Assembly: GCF_006345805.1 (NCBI RefSeq)
Contig: NW_021828939.1
Location: forward strand, 1 to 7,256
DNA: 7,256 nt
Direction: 5' to 3'
Origin: Octopus sinensis
Taxonomy: Eukaryota
Position 1 is the first letter of the stretch. Every line of letters starts with the position of its first letter. The notes under the pieces are model-generated. The model searched no databases. It saw only the letters and a list, made by a program, of their open reading frames with translations, and was not told the origin of the DNA. Of this stretch, positions 1 to 5,557 are shown piece after piece. The translations under genes were made by a program, and so were the position numbers.

Positions 1-198
1 GGTACTTATAGTCGTGATTTATTCGAGCCCTTCTGGGTATTAGCGCGCGTCTACGATGAGTCTACGATTAAAAAAAATTTACCATCATTTTTTTCCATTT
101 TTAATGCATTTTTTTCTATGTTTTGGCTATAACTCTCTAAAAATGCTTATATAGTTATTTCCCTTACAAACCTGAGCAACGCCGGGCGATACTGCTAG
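1..198 (+). mobile_element. 3' end of a Helitron (probably non-autonomous); its 5' part lies outside the window
   Basis: GC-rich hairpin cctgagcaacgccggg (171-186), then 8 nt, then terminal CTAG (195-198) followed by T (199). This is the canonical Helitron 3' signature (subterminal hairpin + CTRR, inserted before T). Confidence 0.6.
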
Positions 199-300
199 TA
201 TATATATAAACAAGGATAAGATCGTTAATTTAAAAATAAAATACCGATTTTATCAAGTGGCCAGTATGGAAAAAATATCCTTCAAAGATAATAATTATTA

Positions 301-525
301 AAATTATGAATTAGGCTATCTCCAAGATACCACCATGCTAAAAATAGCAGCCATGATCTGACTCTAAAACCACCTAAATTGTCCATATATCAACACGGAG
401 AAAAAAACAAAGAGACAAGATAAAACTAGTAAAAAATTACTGGATAATTCTAGGTGGTTTTGAAGTCAGATCATGGCTGATATTCCAGCATGGTTGTATC
501 TCGTAGATACACTAATTTATAATTT
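301..525. repeat. Foldback / MITE-like long inverted repeat
   Basis: Arm 301-380 matches the reverse complement of 446-525 at roughly 80% by eye (shared core cagccatgatctgact..aaaaccaccta and agatac.accatgct), with a 65-bp spacer (381-445). Confidence 0.75.
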
Positions 526-556
526 ATATATATATACATACATTATATAGATATAT

Positions 557-590
<34 letters not shown>

Positions 591-605
591 ATATATATAT
601 AGATA

Positions 606-637
<32 letters not shown>

Positions 638-642
638 TAGAT

Positions 643-686
<44 letters not shown>

Positions 687-775
687 TATAATATATATAT
701 ATATTATATATATATATACATACTATACATATATTATACATACATATATATATATATATACACGCATACATACAA
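526..775. repeat. (TA)n / (TACA)n microsatellite
   Basis: Near-continuous TA dinucleotide run with occasional CA/GA interruptions. Confidence 0.95.
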
Positions 776-796
776 GAAAGAGTTTTTGAAGACATA

Positions 797-1010
797 CAGC
801 CTGTCCATAAATTATCTTTATAACTTGCATTATTTATTGTATCTATTTATTGTGTGCAACTAACAGAGACAACCTGGAAAAGTGTTGGAATATTTCTAAT
901 AAAACTTTATGTCTTTGACTATGTTTTCCACTAAATTTGTCTGAGTTATTTGTACTTGTCATTTTTTTTCTGCAACTTTCAAATTGTAAAGCTAATTTAT
1001 AGACAGCTCG
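797..1010. mobile_element. Tc1/mariner-type MITE, 214 bp
   Basis: TA (795-796) + cagcctgtccataaatta (797-814) ... taatttatagacagctcg (993-1010) + TA (1011-1012). The 18-bp TIRs match 14/18 and both ends are flanked by TA. Confidence 0.55.
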
Positions 1011-1020
1011 TATTTAGAAA

Positions 1021-1166
1021 CGCAGGTATGGCTACGTGATTAAGAAACTCGCTTTACATCCGTGCGGTTTCGGTTTTAATCCCCCTCCGTGGCAACTTGG
1101 GTAACAGGCTTCTACTATGGCTCCGGGCCGATTAATATCGTTGTGGGTGCATTTGGTAGACGGAAG
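1021..1166 (+). mobile_element. Decayed tRNA-derived SINE 5' part (head + CORE-like segment)
   Basis: A-box-like tggctacgtgat (~1029-1040) and degenerate B-box-like cggttttaatccc (~1071-1083). These are followed by gcaacttgggtaacaggcttctactatggctccgggccga, which resembles the accttgggcaagtgtcttctactatagc segment I recall from a common octopus SINE (recollection, not a search). Confidence 0.5.
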
Positions 1167-1495
1167 CTATACATTTATAATTCTAGAACACATGAAGACG
1201 GAATAAACAAGCTTTAATTACAATATACAGCTGTTTCTGTGCTGTGGTAACAGCTGTTTCTTACTGCACTTTCAGTATCATACTATAACTTAAATCATTT
1301 TATACATAATTGCATAAGTAAATGTATATCAAATATGTTACGTAAAACCCAGTAACTAACAATTCCTACCACTGCACTAAAACAATTGTTATCTTTTGTA
1401 ATGAATGCGTGTTTGTTCGATATTTTTGTATAAATTTTATATAAATTCTACACACTAACCGAGTTCCACATGAATATCCAGTATAAGGCTAAACC

Positions 1496-1920
1496 TGGTA
1501 CAAGAAAGCATATGGTAGCCGATATCTGTATAGAAGCTTTGATGTACACGTTATAATTATTCCTGCTAAGACAACATCCCTTCAAATATCGCACGGTACA
1601 ATGGACACAAACACACCACTTCACAGACTCATATCCACATTTCAACAGGTCACTGTCGAAATCTTATCAATGCCCACTAGGAGCATCCTGCTTCTCAAAG
1701 GTTATTTGTTTCAAATTATCCGACGGCATTACAAGACACAACACGGGAGCATGACAACCAATAATTTAAGGAAAGATATATACAGCATATGCACTCCTTC
1801 GGGTACAGAGATGGAGAAAAACTCCACATTCCTTTCCCGTTTCATCTGGAGACTCCACAATCATCGGAACGACATCTCCAGCATTGACTATCATGGACAG
1901 TACCATGGACAGGGCATCCC
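1496..1920 (+). pseudogene. Relic of a Penelope-like element ORF: RT-EN linker and GIY-YIG endonuclease, multiply frameshifted
   Basis: Motifs appear in the expected order across three + frames: YLYRSF (1523-1540), YSC*DNIPSNIARYN (1558-1602), HCRN (1651-1662), CPLG (1671-1682), GSMTTNN, FKERYIQHMHSF (1765-1800), KNSTFLSRFIWRL (1817-1855), MDRAS. They match the PLE pattern LHKIFN..YSCM.N..IIxxHN..CxCR..CPL.G..YIG.T..FKxRYxxHxxSF..NSTxLSxxIWxL. Confidence 0.7.
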
Positions 1921-2106
1921 TTAAGGCATTCCGCATGAGGAGGATAGGGCCGCGACCATTTCATGCCAGAGGACTCGATCTTGGACAACCTCTTTCGTTT
2001 CAGACCAAGACAGACTAATTGCTTTCACTTTATCCTCCACGCATCCTTTCCAGGTCTTCTTAGGTCATCCAACTTGCCTCTTTCCTTCAGGTTGCCAGTG
2101 TAATAC
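1921..2106 (-). mobile_element. 3' fragment of an RTE-clade LINE ORF (C-terminus)
   Basis: The minus-strand translation is VLHWQPEGKRQVG*PKKTWKGCVEDKVKAISLSWSETKEVVQDRVLWHEMVAALSSSCGMP*, which fits the RTE C-terminal motif W.P.GKR..GRPK.TW...V..D....W....AQDR..W...V.AL. The internal TGA (2065-2067) is a probable CGA>TGA change; the stop is at 1921-1923. Confidence 0.8.
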
Positions 2107-2270
2107 ACCTATACCTCGGTACTACGGACTACAAACGGGGAACATCGGTCCGATGAAACCGATTGTCCGTAGATATCAACACTAAGGTAAAATTACGTTA
2201 GAAGTGGCTAATATCAACAATTACATCACGAAAGACAGAGGAAGAAATACAGTACCGTACTTTATAATCA

Positions 2271-2573
2271 GTGGAGGCGCAATGGCCTAGTGGTTAGGGC
2301 AGCGGACTCGCGGTCGCAGGATCGCGGTTTCGATTCCCAGACCGGGCATTGTGTGTGTTTATTGAGCGAAAACAACTAAAAGCTCCACGAGGCTCCGGCA
2401 GGGGGTGGTGGCGACCCCTGCTGTACTCTTTCGCCACTCTTTCTACCACTCTTTCTTCTATTGGCCTGCTCGCTTAGCCAGCGGGGTGGCGTCATTCGAA
2501 GGCTAAAACAATGCGAACGCATTGTGACCAGCGACGTGTAACAACATCTGATGGTCAGGTCGGTCACGTGATC
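2271..2573 (+). mobile_element. Full-length tRNA-derived SINE (resembles octopus OR-type SINEs)
   Basis: A box TGGCCTAGTGG (2283-2293), B box GGTTTCGATTCC (2326-2337), a ~230-bp non-tRNA body and a gtcacgtgatc tail. TSD actttataatca (2259-2270) / actttgtaatca (2574-2585) matches 11/12. Confidence 0.9.
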
Positions 2574-2824
2574 ACTTTGTAATCAAACACACTATCCAAT
2601 CTGACAGTGTAAAATACCTGTACACTGTAAATATACACTTATAATACAGTAAATTCACCATTTTTAATTTGAAGTCAGATTTACCATGGTTAGTGAAGGT
2701 GCGTTGTTGATATGACATGGTTTTGCCCGCTGCTTCTGAAACCCGTTAAAGGGAGGACCGTAGTACTGAGATATCAGTGTATTTGTTTTGCAGTGCTACT
2801 TGGAGGACTCTTTAGAGTGTGACC

Positions 2825-3601
2825 TAGTTCTTTACTACCTACAAGGGGCTAAACACAGAGAGGACAAACAAGGACAGACAAACGGATTAAGTCGATTACA
2901 TCGACCCCAGTGCGTAACTGGTACTTAATTTATCGACCCGAAAGGATGAAAGGCAAAGTCGACCTTGGCGGAATTTGAACTCAGAACGTAACGACAGACG
3001 AAATACCTATTTCTTTACTACCCACAAGGGGCTAAACACAGAGGGGACAAACAAGGACAGACAAACGGATTAAGTTGATTACATCGACCCCAGTGCGTAA
3101 CTGGTACTTAATTTATCGACCCCGACAGGATGAAAGGCAAAGTCGACCTCGGCGGAATTTGAACTCAGGACGTAACGACAGACGAAATACCTATTTCTTT
3201 ACTACCCACAAGGGGCTAAACACAGAGAGGACAAACAAGGACAGACAAACGGTTAAGTCGATAACATCGACCCCAGTGCGTAACTGGTACTTATTTATCG
3301 ACCCGAAAGGATGAAAGGCAAAGTCGACCTCGGCGGAATTTGAACTCACAACGTAGTGGCAGACGAAATACCTATTTCTTTACAACCACAAGGGGCTAAA
3401 CACAGAGGGGACAAACAAGGACAGACAAACGTATTGAGTCGATTACATCGACCCCAGTGCGTAACTGGTACTTAATTTATCGAACCCGAAAGGATGAAAG
3501 GCAAAGTCGACCTCGGTGGTATTTGAACTCAGAACGTAACGGCAGACGAAATACCGCTAAGCATTTCGCCCGGCGTGCTAACGATTCTGCCAGCTCGCCG
3601 C
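2825..3601 (-). mobile_element. tRNA-derived SINE with one head (3556-3601) and four tandem ~183-bp bodies
   Basis: Units are 2825-3007, 3008-3191, 3192-3372 and 3373-3555 (183/184/181/183 bp). On the minus strand the head is GGCGGCGAGCTGGCAGAATCGTTAG (A box at 3581-3592), and each unit has a B box GAGTTCAAAT(T/A)CC. A perfect TSD ctttagagtgtgacc lies at 2810-2824 and 3602-3616. Confidence 0.9.
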
Positions 3602-3848
3602 CTTTAGAGTGTGACCGATCCAGCTCTATTTCCTTTTCAGAACCTCCTGATTGGTGAGTGTTTGGTTCGTTCTCTCTCTCACAGACTTGTCTTTGAAATT
3701 CTATCCTGCCATCAGGGTGTAGAACGGGTGTTCATTGTCGAAGGTTTGTAGATTATTCTTTAAGGATTTGGTGACCCCCCCCCCGGTGTTTCTGACCAGT
3801 AAAGAAGAACGGCCTTGACATCGGAATAGAAGATGTAGAGCTTTCTTT

Positions 3849-4292
3849 TGTGTGTGTGTGTGTGTGTGTGTGCGTGTGTGTGTGCGTGCGTGTGTGTGAG
3901 TGTGTGTGTGAGTGAGTGTGGGTGTGTGCCTGTGTGTGTGTGATTCTATGTGTGTGTGTGAGTGTGTGTGCTTGTGTGTGTGTTTGTGTGTGTGTGTGTT
4001 TGTGAGTGGTGTGTGGTGTGTCTGTGTGTAAGTATATGTAAGTGTGTGTGTGTGAGTGTGGGTGTGTGTCTGTGTGTGTGATTCTATGTGTGTGAGTGAG
4101 TGTGGGTGTTTGTGTGTGTGTTTGTGTGTGTGTGTGTTTGTGAGTGTGTGTGTGTGTATGCGTGCGTGTGTGTGAGTGTGTGTGTGTGTGTGAGTGAGTG
4201 TGGGTATATGTCTGTGTGTGTGATTCTATGTGTGTATGTGTGTGTTTGTGTGAGTGTGTGTGTGTGTTTGTGAGTGTGTGTGTGTGTGTGTG
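3849..4292. repeat. Compound (TG)n/(TGAG)n microsatellite with ~140-bp higher-order repeat
   Basis: A TG-dominated run. The landmark attctatg recurs at 3943, 4081 and 4223. Confidence 0.95.
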
Positions 4293-4497
4293 TTTATGCC
4301 CCCACTGCCGCTTGAATCCTGTGTTCGTTTGTTTACGTCCCCGTAACGAAGCGGTTCGGCAAAAGGTGCCGATACAATAAGTACCAGGCCTAAATGACAA
4401 TAAGTACCGAGGCCGATTTGTTCGACTAAAAGTTCTTAAAAGGCGGTGCTCCAGCATGGCCGCATTTCAATGATTAAATCAATTAAAAGAGAAAAGA
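4293..4497 (+). mobile_element. 3' part of a microsatellite-containing SINE ending in (aaaagag)n
   Basis: The sequence tttacgtccccgtaac..gcggttcggcaaaag..ccgata..ataagtac...aaggcggtgctccagcatggccgca...aaaagagaaaaga directly follows the TG array. It resembles a frequent octopus repeat tail (recollection) and shares a module with the 183-bp unit. Confidence 0.6.
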
Positions 4498-4816
4498 TGT
4501 CATCATCTGTTATACAAGTTGTGGGCGTCTGGAACCGTTCCATCTGTAGATTGATATTCACAGACGGTGACCAGTCTTAAAAGTCATGGCAGTGTTCAAT
4601 TAATTAGAATGTTTAATCAATAGCATAGTGATTGGAAGAATTCGTTTAATATTGGGTATTGATTAGCGAGTGGGAAAGAAAGAGAATTTATCTGTTTGCG
4701 GAAACTTCGTAATTAACATGACTGGACGACATTAAAACATTGAATCTTTATTGTGTCCGGCGCCGCCGTGAACAATACATCACTTGCACAACGTGGGGGA
4801 TATACAACCAGCTTGT

Positions 4817-4865
4817 TATATATATATATTATATATATAATATATATATATATATATCATATATA
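4817..4865. repeat. (TA)n microsatellite
   Basis: TA run to the left of the ribozyme module. Confidence 0.9.
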
Positions 4866-5145
4866 AATGAAAGAATGGAGTCGAACGAAGATGTTAAAAA
4901 AATTCCTTTACTCTCGACATATGTTTCGAAGACAGCATATTTTTATTTCGAAGGAATAAAAGGTACATTATGCAATCTTCTCATCAGGAAAGAAAAGGAG
5001 CCTCTCTCAACCACAAGACGAACAAAAATTTCTATGATTGCCTACATGGTGATCACAGCGATAATGAATTTGCTACCCAGGTTTCGGTTAAACGAATTTT
5101 CCATGCTGACGATAAACATAGGATAATCATTCATCTACTTAAATA
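4866..5145 (-). mobile_element. ~280-bp non-coding hammerhead-bearing module (solo PLE pseudo-LTR or retrozyme-like repeat)
   Basis: Non-repetitive sequence containing the hammerhead, bounded on both sides by (TA)n. It has no credible ORF. Confidence 0.5.
4904..4999 (-). ncRNA. Type I hammerhead ribozyme motif (complete)
   Basis: Minus strand, 5' to 3': stem I UCCUUUUCUUUC (4999-4988), CUGAUGA (4987-4981), stem II GAAGAUUGCAUA (4980-4969) ... UAUGCUGUCUUC (4939-4928), GAAA (4927-4924), palindromic stem III ACAUAUGU (4924-4917), C17 (4916, GUC triplet), stem I GAGAGUAAAGGA (4915-4904). All conserved core nucleotides are present. Stem I is 5+6 bp around a U-U mismatch. Confidence 0.85.
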
Positions 5146-5232
5146 ATATATATATATATTAATATATATATATATATATATATTATTATATATATATATA
5201 TAATATATATATATAATATATATATATATATA
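5146..5232. repeat. (TA)n microsatellite
   Basis: TA run to the right of the ribozyme module. Confidence 0.9.
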
Positions 5233-5557
5233 CTAGATGGTCTGGCATTTCGCTAATCATGATATTGAGATCGGTGAAAGGGTCGACCACGTAACCATTC
5301 CTGCTTTTATGCCTTAACCGGTCCTTAGATAACATAGATATGCTTCAGCTCAACATTGGCCCAAGCCATGTCTAATTTTAAAACGTCACGTGATAGGACC
5401 TGTTAAGTAATTTTTGAGTCACGTTTTGTGGTATCATGGCCCATTCAAGTAGAAATTTGTTGATTGAGATACATCTAGGTATGACTTACCTGGTATCTCT
5501 TGAAAAAAAATGTTTACGATTCGTTTGAGTGTGAAGAAATCTTTTACTTCTCTGATA

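Noticed and set aside
1227-1261. Direct repeat acagctgtttct x2
   Set aside because: It is a small local duplication with no further structure that I can support.
1448-1645. 65-aa ORF on the minus strand
   Set aside because: It is antisense to the PLE relic and has no recognisable motif.
2273-2346. Functional tRNA gene
   Set aside because: A and B boxes are present, but I cannot form a proper acceptor or anticodon stem. The sequence continues into a SINE body with a TSD.
2825-3555. Regular repeat array read as CRISPR-like
   Set aside because: The units are ~183 bp, near-identical along their whole length, with no unique spacers. They carry Pol III B boxes and a TSD in a eukaryotic context, and there are no cas genes.
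3373-3555. HDV-like ribozyme at the start of each unit (GGUAUUU can pair with AAGUACC)
   Set aside because: The P3/L3, P1.1 and J4/2 elements are not found in the required order.
3075-3657. ORFs 3075-3314 and 3457-3657, and also 2376-2567 (-)
   Set aside because: These are chance frames within SINE sequence.
3753-4457. 234-aa His/Thr-rich ORF on the minus strand, and the 60-aa Val/Cys ORF at 4198-4380 (-)
   Set aside because: Both are translations of the (CA)n/(TG)n microsatellite, which lacks stop codons in these frames. There is no other coding evidence.
5106-5112. CTGACGA on the + strand as another hammerhead core
   Set aside because: There is no downstream stem II or GAAA before the TA run.
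4740-5126. 128-aa ORF on the + strand
   Set aside because: It has a non-ATG start, runs through a TA microsatellite (IYIY), is antisense to the ribozyme and has no recognisable domain.
5466-5499. Hairpin gagatac..aggta-tgact-tacct..gtatctc
   Set aside because: It is short and isolated, with no associated motif or TSD, so it is plausible by chance in AT-rich DNA.
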